This document shows, piece after piece, positions 11,798 through 24,513 of a stretch of DNA of 60,667 bases. Made by a program: the position numbers and the translations under genes. The notes under the pieces are model-generated. The model ran no database searches, was not told the DNA's origin, and saw only the letters and a program-made list of their open reading frames with translations. Numbering within the stretch: position 1 is the stretch's first letter; every line of letters begins with the position of its first letter. The DNA is from Gracilinanus agilis (taxonomy: Eukaryota), in NCBI RefSeq assembly GCF_016433145.1, contig NC_058133.1:456890928-456951594 (forward strand), written 5' to 3'.

Positions 11798-12025
11798 TTA
11801 CTCAGTTGTTTCCATTGTGTCTGACTCATTGTAGCCCCGTTTAGAGTTTTCCTGGCAAAGATACTGAAGTGGTTTGTTCTTTCCTTCTTCAGCTCATTTT
11901 ACAGAAGAGGAAACTGAGGTAAACAGGAAAAATTGGCTTGCCCAGGGTCACACAGCTAGATTTTTAACTCATATCGTTCTGACTCCAAGACCAGAGCTAT
12001 ATCCACTGCACCACCTCACTGCCCC
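11798..12025 (-). mobile_element. MAR1 (marsupial CORE-SINE)
   Basis: Diagnostic ttttcctggcaaagatactgaagtggtttg...cattttacagaagaggaaactgagg. Confidence 0.85.
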
Positions 12026-12299
12026 ATTCTCTAAATGGAACTCCTATAATAAAATAAATATCCAGTGGATCATATCTTTACAAAGGGGTAATATTTTAAT
12101 TAGAGGTTATATTCCTGAACAAGAGCACATAATTGAATCATCGGTTTGACCAGTGATAAGCTACATGGAAACTATAAACCATGCAAACAATCTGTTGTTT
12201 CAACAATGCAGGAGCTCCCTCCCAATGTATTTATCATAAGCTGTCCATAATTACCTATATCATGCTACTCTTTCTTTGTTCTCTCAATAGTGGAATATA

Positions 12300-13520
12300 A
12301 GGAGCCTGATCAAAATTCTAGAAGCCTTCCAGATGGCCTTAAATTTTATCGTCCAACAGCAGGTATTTCCTATACATGTTCCTGGTTGAATACTACTACT
12401 TTTGAAATCATTGTTCTCTTTAGTGTAATTTCTATGTCCTTTACAAACATCTCAGAGACTATGCTAGAATCTGAGTGTAGTGGTTTCAATATCCTTAATG
12501 GAGAAAAACATTTGTTAAATTTTTTTTTCCACAAAAAAATCTTTTCCATTTTGCTTTTGTTTATAATTCTCCATCCATTTTCATCAAAGAATACCCTTGA
12601 GATGATGTTACTAACTGGTTTTACCCTCTGCTGCTTCTTACTTTTTCAGTCTATAATTGTCCATTATCTTTTTACACAAGATTTTACAAATGAAATTACA
12701 TTCTAATCCAGCATTGCCTTTGGCAGTATCTCCACCTGACAAGTAAGTCAAATTTTTGCTGGCTAAAACACTTTCTGAGGTTTTTTGGACTTCTTGTTGC
12801 AATAATTAATTTATATTTTTCAAACTTCTGGATGAAATCAGTGTCAATGTTACCTCTATTGTCCATTTCTCATTTTTTATTTTCAATTACTTATTTATTT
12901 AAATAATTTAGGATTAGTTGTAATTAAGTTCCATATTTCATTATTGCTATTATTGTTTAATTTTTAAAAGAAATCTTGATCTTAGCTCTGATGAATTGTC
13001 TGTATACAAAGAGTAGACTCAGGGATAACTCACCCATAAATAAAAAAATATTTTCTGAATTGCCAAAAAATAACCTATTTTATTCTTTATTGTATGATAT
13101 GGAGCTTACCATATTCATTGTCTACCAATTTTTTTTTCAAAGGAAGTGTTGATGATTTAGAGGCATGAGACTTCTATGCAAATCTGATCTTTAGTCTCTC
13201 ACTTATTTTTCTGAAATCATACATTCTCAAATATTTTCCTCATTGTCACTTTTTTCTCACATTTACACTGAAGTTATCAAATATCAGAATATATGTTGAT
13301 ATGACTTACAACATCTTTATCAAATTCTTCATAGAATTTCTCTCTTTAATCTTAGCAATAAACAATGCCATGAAAGGTACAATTGTTTTTATGGTAGTCT
13401 TTTTGCAAATAATCATTATTAATTTTGTAACTCATGATGACCAAAGATGCCATGAAATGATATTTCTTAGATCTTCTGGGATCAATAAAAACTATTCTGC
13501 TGGCTACTTCCTGAACTTCA
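12300..13520 (-). mobile_element. Old RTE-clade LINE fragment (endonuclease region)
   Basis: Minus strand gives degraded RTE APE motifs: EKFYEE (gagaaattctatgaagaa), ILDNFS (GDFN-like), IINT.F.KK.GR. Confidence 0.65.
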
Positions 13521-13569
13521 ACATGTAGTTTTTTAGTCTAAGTCTGTTTTTCAAAAACCATATTTGGTT

Positions 13570-13745
13570 TATGGAGAGGTACATGATGGCTGTGTGATTC
13601 TAGGCCAGTGATTTAATCTCTCAGAGATTAATTAATGTTCTAAAACTACAAGTTGTGGAGAAAGTGTTGACTTGTATTGATGGACAGAATTCTCTCTATT
13701 GTAGAGCTTCCTATAGCAATAAAATCACAGGTCCAGCCTCTATCT
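13570..13745 (+). mobile_element. MdoRep1-like marsupial SINE fragment
   Basis: ctaaaactacaagttgtggagaaagtgttgac...aataaaatcacaggtccag; same family as 55070-55280. Confidence 0.6.
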
Positions 13746-13789
13746 TATAAATGTATGTTTAGCACATAAATATGTAATTGTGTGCCATA

Positions 13790-14345
13790 ATGTTTACCAA
13801 TATTAATGTTAACTATACCTTTTCAGGATTTTCAAGTTGTATTTTGTCCCCTTGTGGGTATTTCTTGCTCTAATGCTTCTCTATCACTTAGTATCTGTTG
13901 TTTTTTTCTTTGACCCAAGCATTCTTTAGGATAAGGTAATTTAGTTTCCAATTAATTTTTAGACATTTTTCAGAAGCTCTTTGTGGAGTGTAATTTTATA
14001 GCATTATGTCCTGAAAAGGATGGATTTAATGATCCTGCTTTTCTGCTTTTGGTTGTAAGACTTTTCTATCTTATTATATGATCAATTTTTGTGAGAATGC
14101 TATGTATTGCTAAAAATGGTATATCCCTTTCTATTCCTATTCAGTTTTCTTCAGAGGTCTATGAAAAATAACTTTTCTAAAATTCTATTTACTTTCTTAA
14201 TTTTCTTTCTTGTTGCTTTTTTTTTATTTGACTTAATTCCGAGAGAGGAAGGTTAATGTCACCTACTAATGTAATTTTATTGCCTGTTTCTTCTTATAAC
14301 TCATATAATTTCTCCTTTAGGGATGGGATGCTTTAGTATATGTTT
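13790..14345 (-). mobile_element. Old L1 ORF2 fragment (endonuclease end)
   Basis: cattctttaggataaggtaatttagtttccaattaattttt...tgatcaatttttgtg...cccttcctattcc-like L1 antisense motifs. Confidence 0.75.
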
Positions 14346-15849
14346 TTCAGTGGTTGCCATGGTTAAAATAGTTATAAGACTACAGCCAACTCGGTAATGA
14401 AACTCTCTAAACATAGCTAGAGTTGGTCCTTGAGAACAACAGATGAATAAGCTTATCTACTAATCTCCTACCTAGTACCTAGTAGATCGTGTATTGAGAA
14501 TTGAGCTTGATGTCAGAAAGACCCATTATTCAAATCTGACCTCAGATACTTATTAGCTATGTAATGGGTACCTAGGGTATACCACTTAACTCTGTCTACT
14601 TCAGTTTTCTCCACTGTAAAATGAGATTGTTGTTAAGTATCAAATAAGAAAATATTTATAAAATGCTTAAATCTGTGGCTAGAAGATAATCGGTGCTTAA
14701 TAAATGTCCTGTCAAACCCCTTAAAGGTGTTAGTAGGAAAGAAAGTAAAGATTTTTTTTTTAAAGAACACAATGAAACATCAAAGTGAGCTAGGATTATT
14801 GAAGGAAAATTACTGCAAAGATAGACGAAGCTGTTTGACAATCCTGAAAGTCTGTTAATAGGGTTCATGCCTTGTTCTCAATATATGTGAGTGTGTGTCT
14901 ATGCCCCCTTCATCAGCCTTTCCTCCCATGACTGGTAAGGGGGCAAAGAAAAGCCAATAGACAATTTCACAAATTGTAGATAAGCTTATTCTCAATACTA
15001 TCAGATACTTCCTAAAGACATTGGAAGAAAAACAAGCCTTTCGAGGACACATCTCTGATTGTATGTGGATAAACTGCCCTATAATTGAGGGGAAATGATA
15101 ATAGACTGCCCCCAAATAAAAGGATGCATTTTTTTTCATTTTAATTGGCACTTTCACCATTATTGTTATATAGGCTGTCTGTCAGAGCATTCAGTGCTCC
15201 ATGTGTTTATCATTCATTCTTGACAACTGTGATGAGAACTGCTAATAAGCATCAAATAAGAGTCTGTCAATCATGTGCTTCTACTACACGACATACATAG
15301 ATGGTTCTGTTTGTGCTATCAGAATCTGCTGATAACCCTTTTTTCCAATTTCCTATAATGTGACAACATTAATATCCTGCAAAAGCCTTTTTTATAAGCA
15401 TCTCTAACGATTCCCACTTTTTATAAGCCAAGGATTCTGATGGACTCTTAAATGGCATTCATTTGTTCCCATGAGCAGGTAAAAATTAAAGGGATTTGAA
15501 AGGAAGATAACACAAAATAATGCTGAACTAAATTGCCCAGAAAATTTCATGAGAAGCAGGGAAAAGCTTTCAATAGATCTTGTAGTTCTATTTACATGTT
15601 GCTCTTACTACACTTAGAGGAGGACTTCAACTCATCTCCTGTGGGGGCTCCCTCCAATGGTGCATGTTTCAACCCATCCACAATTTTCTATTCTGTGCCA
15701 ATCCTTTTAGATCCTTCCAATCAGTCTATAATTCTAAAACATATCCTAAGCTCTATATTCTATATTTTTATGAATATATATATATGGTAGAAAAAAGAGA
15801 AAAGAGAGATGGATAAATGAGTAGATAGTGAATAGATGAATAAATTTGT

Positions 15850-16590
15850 ACTTATTAAGTACTTACTATTGGCTAGATTCTTTAAAAGGTGCTAGTAGTA
15901 CAAAGCCAAAAGAGAAATAGGCCTTTTACTCAATGAACTTATATTTTATCAGAATAAATAACATATACATATATAAGTATATACTCAAAAAATAAAATTA
16001 AAAAAAATACAAGATCTTCTCTGGAGGATAGGAGAGACAGTGTCTACAATGAGTGTGTATGATGAACAGAGCATGTTTGGGAAAGGAGCCTTGTAAGAAC
16101 TTAAGATTCTAAGAGGTAGAGATGAGAAGAGACAATATTCTCAACTTGGAGGCAGCCTGTGTGAACACAGGAGTTGTAATGTGGTATCAGAGAAAACAAG
16201 AAGGCCAACTTGGTTAGCTTATAGATTCTGTGAAAGGAGGCAATGTTTATTAAGTATAGAAAAGTGAGCTATAACAGGCTGAATTGAATGTAAATGGCAA
16301 ATACTGTATTGATTGCATTTACTAATAGGGAACCAGGAAAGTCTACTGAGAAGCAACGTGAGATGGCCAGATTGATTTTGTGGGATTATCACTTTTGGTA
16401 GGTATGTGGAGGGTGGATTAGAGTGAGGAGATATCTGAGGCAGGGAGACATTTGCAAGCTATTAAATCGACTACATAAAACCTGAAAGGGTGAACTAAGG
16501 GGCTGTCTATATGAGGAAAGAGAAGAGCATATATGTGAAAGATATTTTCACAGAAGAAACAATAAGACCTAGTCAAGGAGTAGATGGGCA
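15850..16590 (-). mobile_element. L2 LINE 3' fragment
   Basis: L2 3' end ttattaagtacttactat...ctcaatgaacttatatt plus purine-rich L2 antisense body. Confidence 0.7.
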
Positions 16591-16779
16591 GGGTTTTTTT
16601 AATGGATTGATAGATGGATGGAAGTTCAGATGGAAAGATAGATGAGAGAGAAAAACGAAGGAAGGGAGGGAGGGAGGAAGGGAGAAAGATAATAGAAATA
16701 AAGATAAATTGTGATACCACAGAAGTTGAGAGTTAGAAGTGACAAGAAATCTCACTGTACCTTAAAGCATGAATTTCTT

Positions 16780-17700
16780 CTATAAAATCTATGACAAATT
16801 GTTTGTTATCCAACCATCACTTGAAGACTTTTAATAATTAAGAAGTCATTAGTACCTAAGATAGTTCATTCCATTTTTGTACAGCATTCAATATAAGGAA
16901 GGTGATTTTTCCCCCTTAGATGGACCCCAAATCTGCCTCCCAGTAGCTTCCACTCTGGTGCTCATTTCTGTTCTCTGGAGATAAAAATAAGTTCATCTCC
17001 TAACAGCAACTAGAATGCATGAAGGCATCTATCATGTTCTGCAGGCTAATCAGTTCCATTTCCTTTGGTGGGACCTTATTAGGGATGATTTCAAGTCTCC
17101 TTACCATCCTGAGCTACCCTACTTTGGTTACTCATCAACTCATCAATATCCCTTCTAAATCATGGCATATGGGACTACAGAAAATATTGCAGTCTGCAGA
17201 AGTCCAAGTAGAGAGGTACTCTCATCTCACTTATTGGGTATCCCTATAATAATACATATCACATCCTAATCCATGCTGGTTGGTGTAACTATCCATTTTC
17301 CTCCACAATTTTTCTACAGCCAGTGCTCTGAGTGATTTCTTCATTTTCTCTTGACATTTAAAAATCCCACTTTTGTAATATATGGATGCTATGCTTTTAT
17401 TAATTCAATATTTTTGAGATGGAGAAGTAGTGGGGTTGGCTACCCATTCACACTGTTGATTCATATGGAATATGTATTCTTCTAAAACTCTTTGGGTCAT
17501 TTTTACATAAATTGAAATAGAGCTTTATCTCCCCTCATTTTGTGCTTATGAATTAGATTTTTTTTAATCTGAGTAAAGAACTTTATATTTATCCCCATTA
17601 AATTCCATCTGGTGGATATTCAGACTCCTGTATCAGAAAGTTGAAATCTTTCAAATTCCAGTTCTGTCAATATTTCCTATTTTCTCAGTTTCATTTTACC
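16780..17700 (-). mobile_element. L3/CR1 LINE fragment
   Basis: ttcattccatttttgtacagc, ccttaccatcctgagctaccct, atatttatccccattaaattccatc: CR1 RT/3' antisense motifs. Confidence 0.7.
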
Positions 17701-18361
17701 TCTACCATTTATCTTATTTTGGAATGCATGTTGCCTTAAAATGGAAGGGGAAAGAATGTTACTGCTTACTTAGAAGCATATAATTTTGTAATGCTATCCT
17801 TTAAGATGTTCTGCATTGTTATCATATATTGTTATATACAGAGAAGGTGTTTTTTTATTATCTTTATATGGTTAATAATCTCTTTTCCCCAGATATCATA
17901 TCTTTTGGTCATTTAATGTAACTTAAAATTTCCATTGGCCAATAGTTGAAATAACCTTGGTCAGAATGCCAGGAGAACTGCATATTAGCTTTATCCAAGT
18001 AGCATTGAAAAACCACCATGACGTCCATAAACATTATGTCTAAGTTAGAACTAGTTTGGCCCATACAAAAGTTAGTGAAAAGTGGATAGATTGGGAATTA
18101 ACATCCCACACACGCTTCTGATAGATTTCTGAGAACAAACATGATTTTAAATTTGGCAGCAAAGAAATGTAACTAGACACATTCATAAACCTGTTTGCAG
18201 ACCTGATTCTGCTTAGCTTCAGAAAAAAAGTCCTAGCTCAAGACATTACCATATTAATTGGTTATCTGTCAAAACTGCAGAATGAAGATGTTCCCTGTTA
18301 TTGTGCCTTTAATCCTTAAGAGATAACTAACGGTATTCTAAAGTATAATTACAATACTCAC

Positions 18362-18491
18362 AGTTGCTGCTTGCTCTATTACCCCTCTGTCCGGCTGTAT
18401 TTTCAGGCTCCTTGTATGGGAACTGAAGAGTAGTATCTAAAGTTCTGAAGCCTTCTTTAAGAGAGTGATGCTTATAGTACTCGACGAGTTC
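18362..18491 (-). CDS. VAV3: VAV3 coding exon (exon 25 equivalent), 130 nt, SH2 C-terminus and linker: ELVEYYKHHSLKEGFRTLDTTLQFPYKEPENTAGQRGNRASSN
   Basis: Peptide match. Acceptor T16-ctgaaag|GAA, donor AACT|gtgagt, phase 0-1. Confidence 0.98.
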
Positions 18492-19889
18492 CTTTCAGAA
18501 AAAAAAAAAAAAAAGGCACCAAAGATGATTTAAATAAGGGTAATTTTGTTCTCAGTCAATTCAACTTCTCAGACACACAATTACATGCTTTATAAAGATA
18601 ATCTCTACAATGCAAACTCTTCACAAATATATAGAAGAGTAAGTGAATGATAATCTCTTCCCAGCTGCACGGATGTTCCTGACACCTACCCAGTACCAGT
18701 TCCAGCTCTTCTAACCATTTATAATGGGAGGCTCAACCCCCAACCCATTGCTAATGAATACAGCAGATCTCATTATTTGGCAGTGGGGTATAATGCATGA
18801 GCAGAAGTTACACCAATTTTCCACTTCAACATAGTAATTACTGCTCTTCTTTATTAAACACTTTCCCCTCTAAATATACATAAAAGGATACAGCTGCTTG
18901 CTAACTATATCTATTCTAAGTTTCCTATATTTTCTCCTAAAAGACAAGGGGAAAAAGAAACATTCCTAAAAGGCACCAAACCAAAGCTCGAGAAATGTTC
19001 TCAGCATCATTCTTGGAATTGTTTAGAGAAAGTCTTAGAACACATAATACATTTGTGCATGTGTGGTTTTCTTAGGGTCAAGGATGCGTCTGCTTCAAAT
19101 ATGCTTTTGTAAGTGAAGTCTTAAGTATGTCTGAAGCCTAAAATTTGACATTTCTAATATTAGGTTCCATAAGGAAATCTTCACAAGCCGCACTAGAGAT
19201 CTTTACAGAAATCAGAGTTGACCTAATTTAACTAGCATTGCAGTTGTGAACGAAATTCAAATTATCATTAGGTGATCATTACATCTACTTGTAATCCAAG
19301 GAACATACAAACAGTTGGAAGGAGAAATCATTCTTGATTTCATTATTTCATCCCCTAATTACAATAAATATTTTGTTTTGTAAATGGGAAAGACAACTAA
19401 TTTACTGGAAACATAAGCTAGTCATTTCTTTGGTGTTCAGATTTCTCCAAACAAATAAAGCAAAGAATCACCTCAAAGAAGAAAAACAACCATTAAGTAT
19501 TTTTAACAATTTTAAAACAAAACCTAAAATTAAGTTGAATTGTGCCAGCCCTCTAAAGTTCAAAATTACTTTTATAGATATCCATCACCATCATCATTAT
19601 ACAGTTTGGTCAGACAGAATTTTGAACATCATTCAATAAAATCTGTTAACGTAATATAGAAGTTCTTCTCATGATACCCATGATATCTCTCCTCTGGTCA
19701 AACCATGTGAAGGATGGGAAGTGCACAGCATAATTAAGTAGCCCATCCCATTTTTTTGATAGCTTTAGTTATTCTTTTTTTAAAAATTGAACTTACACTG
19801 ATTTTCACAAAATGGTTGCTGCTTTTTTATTCTATGAACTAACCTCAAACAAGTTCCCTAGTAGACACTACTCTGGAATAGGAATAAGT

Positions 19890-20170
19890 TTATGTGTGTG
19901 TGCATGTACACATGTATACACACATGTACACACATACATATATAAATAAACTATACACTTTGAGCTCAGTTTTTGCATATATACATTCTGGATTAAGTAT
20001 GGGTGTATGTGAATATGTATGTATATATGTAACACTCTTTATATATAAATGTACAAACACACAATTCTCTGTATATTTGTATCTGTACACAATACTGTGC
20101 ATTTATGTAAATATCTTATATACAGATACAAAACTTTATATATGTACTTATATTTATAGATACATATATA
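19890..20170. repeat. Degenerate (TA/CA/TG)n alternating purine-pyrimidine low-complexity tract
   Basis: tatgtgtgtgtgcatgtacacatgtatacacacatgtacacacatacatatata... Confidence 0.85.
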
Positions 20171-20318
20171 AAATATATCTTTTTCACTTAATTTTTAATT
20201 TTTTCTTTCCTTCCTATGACTAATTAAAAATACGAATAAAAACTTGGTAACAAATATTCATAATTAAGCAAGACAAATTCCTGCATCAGTCACATCGTGT
20301 GTGTGTATGAGAGTGTAT

Positions 20319-20574
20319 TGTCAGTGGGCAAAGTGAGACTGGAGTAGGGTGATTAAACAAAGTTTATTAGGCACAGAAAAGGCAAAAGGGGAGACCATAA
20401 AGCTGAAAGAGCTGGCTGAGGGTCTCATTTGGGCAGGGGGAAACATGGGTTTTTATGGGTTTGGGAAAGTTAGGGGTGCAAGGATTAGGTAATCTGGGAT
20501 TAATCTCATTGATTATTTTCAGGGTGGAGGCAGTTGTTTCCCATGATCACATAGTTCTTAGCATGGTACAGACA
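20319..20574 (-). mobile_element. Solo LTR (256 bp) inserted in an old LINE 3'-end fragment
   Basis: TGTC...GACA termini, flanking gtgtat/gtgtaa 6-bp TSD (1 mismatch), minus-strand AATAAA (~20366-20371) and a TATA-like cccataaaa. Confidence 0.7.
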
Positions 20575-22502
20575 GTGTAATTCAGATTACCCCTTTGTCA
20601 GAGGGAAGATAATATGCTTCATCACTGGTTCTCTAGAATTATCTTCTTCAAAGTGGTTTCATTTATTAAGAATAAAAAAAATGTGAAGCTTCACTAAAGT
20701 TTTTATTTCCTCCTAGTATATTACAACAGGGAGGCTGAGAATTAAATTCTAATTTGATCTCAATGTTGTCCTTTACTTGAATCCAAAGAAGTGACCACCT
20801 ATTCGTTTGTATAGCCCTTATAAGAAAATTCTGACAGATTTCTAATTTGAAAATATATTCAGTAAGCTGCATTCTTGAAGTCTTTTTGAAAAGGAAAAAA
20901 ATATGTTAAAGCAAACCTGAAAGTCTAATTATCACAGGAGTCTCCAAATTACTGTATCTAACTTAAATGTAATTTAAAACATATATTAATTGCAAGCTAT
21001 AGAATACTAGGCATTTGTTAGAACCGAGCTCAAGATCAACTTCTCCCTGGAAAAATGGAATTCTGGATTTGGAAGGAACTTTGAAACAGCTGACATCCAC
21101 ATGTTTATATGGTTGGGATGTATATTCATATTCAATGACTCATCTAATCCCTACAAGGACCCCCATGTAGCAAAGAATTCAAACATCATTATCCCCACAA
21201 TACAGGTTACGAAACTGGCATAAAGTAAAGTTAAATTATTCTCCCTTGGCCATATGACCAATATAGTAGAAAAGTAGGAAAAATGTTAATAGAAATTTAT
21301 TTTATTTGTATCTCCTATACTTAATCCCACAGTGTTGGGATTTTAATAAAATAAATATTTTTGATTAATTGACTGATTGATCTGTGGTCTGCCTACTCCC
21401 AGTCCTGTACTCTTTCCATTACATTATGCTGCCTAGTTACTACCTGTGTGATCTTGAGCAAATGATTTCATTATGCTAAACTGCAATTTCCTCATCTACA
21501 TAATGAACTAACTGATTTGTAAGTTAGTTCCCTTCTTAATATGAATCTATGAACCCAAGAGAATTCAAGTTTATGTGTACATGACTTATACAAAAATAAA
21601 TCTTTTCTTATATAATTATTTGGGCAAAAATAAACCAGTGCATCTCCTTGGATCCATGCCTTTACTGGGCTCTGTGTCTCAATGTAACCCATACTTGTCG
21701 TACTAGTCACTGACTTCTCGGTGTTATAAATAAATAGCAAGCAAATAAAATAAGACAGAAATCTGTTCTTTTATTATCTCATATGACCTCATCTATCATT
21801 TTAAAAAAATCATTGAGAACCAATCGCTCTAGTCACCAAGGCAATAGGTAATGGTTTATAAACCCCATTGGGATTTGAATTTTTTGGTATCTATAACAAC
21901 TAGACCAATATAAATATGTGTGCAATGGAATGGGAAATTTTTCTGAAGCCAACTAAGAAAAACAAAAACAAAAAGATTCTGATTGAACACACTTGAACAT
22001 CAAACCATTAAAAAAAATCACAGAAGTGATCCTGGACCTTGATTTTTTTTTAAAAGTACTTTTTTCTAAAGTAGGTCAATTACTCTTCTATACCTTTTCT
22101 CAGTAGAAGAATTTCTCTTTGAGAAATCAGCTATGGAAAATGGGTCTAAAAATGTATTTGACTTTTTTTTTTTTTTTACCATCCTCTCCACACTACAATT
22201 CAAATCCATGGTCATTACATAGCTCCTAAACCAAATAATGATGGCTGATGATGATGTTGATTTTGGTGGTGGTGATGATGGTGGTGATGAAAATTACATT
22301 CATATAGTGCTTTGAGATTGGATAAGCACTTTATATGTTTTCTCATTTGATCTCTGGAAGGTAGTTGCAATTAATATCTCCATTTTTCAGATGAGAAAAC
22401 CAAAGTATGATAATGGCCATTTATATATTTCTTTAACATTTGTAAAATATTTTAAATACTTTGATCTTTTTGAACTTTGTAACAACCCTGTAGGTAATAT
22501 AG

Positions 22503-22741
22503 GTGGATAGCTAGTTGGTACAGTGAATAGTGTGAGATCTGAAGTCAGGAAGTCTCATCTTCCTGAGTTCAAATATGGTCTCAGACATTTACTAGCCATA
22601 TGACCTTGGGCAAGTCACTTAACCCTGCTTGTCTCAGTTTCCTCATCTGTAAGATGAATTGAAAAAGAAAAATATGACAAGACTCCAGTATATCTTACAA
22701 GGATACCCCCAAAGAGTTGGACATAGGTAAAAATAACTGAA
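22503..22741 (+). mobile_element. MAR1 nested in MIR
   Basis: gaagtcaggaagtctcatcttcctgagttcaaat...ccagtatatcttacaagg...aaataactgaa. Confidence 0.8.
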
Positions 22742-24420
22742 TGGGTAATACAGGTATTATTATCCCCATTTTACAGATAAAGTAACAGACTCATAATGTC
22801 TAAGTGGTGCCCATGGTCATGTGAGACATCTGACATTTATCACTTGTATAACTGGACATGTTTCCTAACCCCCTTGTACCTCAGTTTCATCATCTGAAAA
22901 ATGAAGGGTTTGGATGAAATTACCTCCAAGGCACCATTTAGCACTAGAGCATAGATCTTGTGATATCATGCACTGATGAATAAATAGGAAATGATAAGTG
23001 AGACTTTACATGCTTTTAGCTATTGTTTACTTTTTAACTTCTCTGCAAGGCTGGAAGGCAAATCAATTATGACCACACACATTTTGAGGATGAAGATACT
23101 GAGTCTTGTCCAGGAACGTAAAGAACATTTACTATCTAGACTACTGAAATGTTCAACCTTTAGAAGTCAATTTTTAGCTCTTTTTCCTGTAGGTAATGAC
23201 CTCCCTATGAAAGATACCAAGCCTAAATGGTGGAAAACAAATAGATGCTTCTCTCTGAATTTGTTATTCACTGTAGTGCTTGTAGTGCTCTAAAATCCCA
23301 AAGGAGAGACCAATCAACCTTAGAGAAAATTGTTCTGTCTGTGTTTATGTGAAAGAGAAGAATCCCTTCTTGTGTCCTGAACTGTCTTGAGTTGCTTTTA
23401 TTTTGCAATACTGTCCATAATGTACAGTAAATAAAGGAGTATATACACACACAATCTATATGCGTATATGTATAGCTATATCTCCTATAAGAATTAGATG
23501 CATAAAAATATACACATATGATACTTATGCCATATGTGCATATGTTTATATTATAAATAGTATCAGTACAGTCCATTTCTGACCTATGATTTCAGCTTTT
23601 TACTGCTTTTTTCTAGAGCAAGTTATTTAAACTCTGAGTTTCTGCTGCTTCCTATATAGTAGATGAATTTTATGCAGATGGAGCCTTATCATATGCCCAT
23701 TAATCCACATCAACCCTGCATGACCGACTTTATAATAGGCAACCTTGGATGGTGGCTAACTTTCTTGAGTTGAATCTAAACAACAGAAAGCAGATATTGA
23801 TTGGCCGTTTCCAGTGGTGCTTCCTTTCATCCTCTTGGTTTGTCTCCTCTGAAGGAAGGGGTTTTTAAATATTTTTTTATTTTTTTAAACTTTCAAAGCC
23901 AGCTCTCCTAGCAGTCATCTTTAGCCCTGCAGCTTTCTTTCAAGTCCTATATTAGCTACAAGGTAGAGATGCCTCATTACTATCCAAGGAAGTTCTCCGG
24001 GATACGGATCAAGCTGATCTATCTGGCAGAGATGTAGAGACCCCCCACCTGTGCTTTTCTCACCTTCCAGCTGGGCTACTGTCATATATTATTTGTGTTT
24101 CCACTTGCCACCATTCTCAAGTGTTTTCATTCCTTGCAGAACTTTTACTACTAGAAACCTTAGCAGGGTCCAGATTCTCAGAGGGAACTTAAGTCAATTC
24201 CAGCAGTTAAAGATGCAAGAGTCTGGTTACTGATTTAAAATTGCCGTAATATTTCAAAACATACTATTTTCTTCCTATCTTTCATTCCTTGGGTAAAGAA
24301 CTCTACGTATTTACCTTTGGACCTTTTCATGTTTTTCTTTTCACTTTTGCTTATAAACGAAACAAACACCGACCCTTCTCTTTAAGAAATTAGACTTTAA
24401 AAAATCATAGAAGAAATACT

Positions 24421-24513
24421 GATGGATGGAAGGAAGAAAGGAAGAAAGGAAGGGAGGGAGGGAGGAAAGAAGGAAGGAAGGAAGGAAGGAAGGAAGGAAG
24501 GAAGGAAGGAAGG
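24421..24513. repeat. (GGAA)n microsatellite
   Basis: Direct tandem array. Confidence 0.95.

Noticed and set aside
15229-15332. Box C (gtgatga) and box D (ctga) about 100 nt apart, snoRNA-like
   Set aside because: Antisense to the host transcript and no terminal stem.
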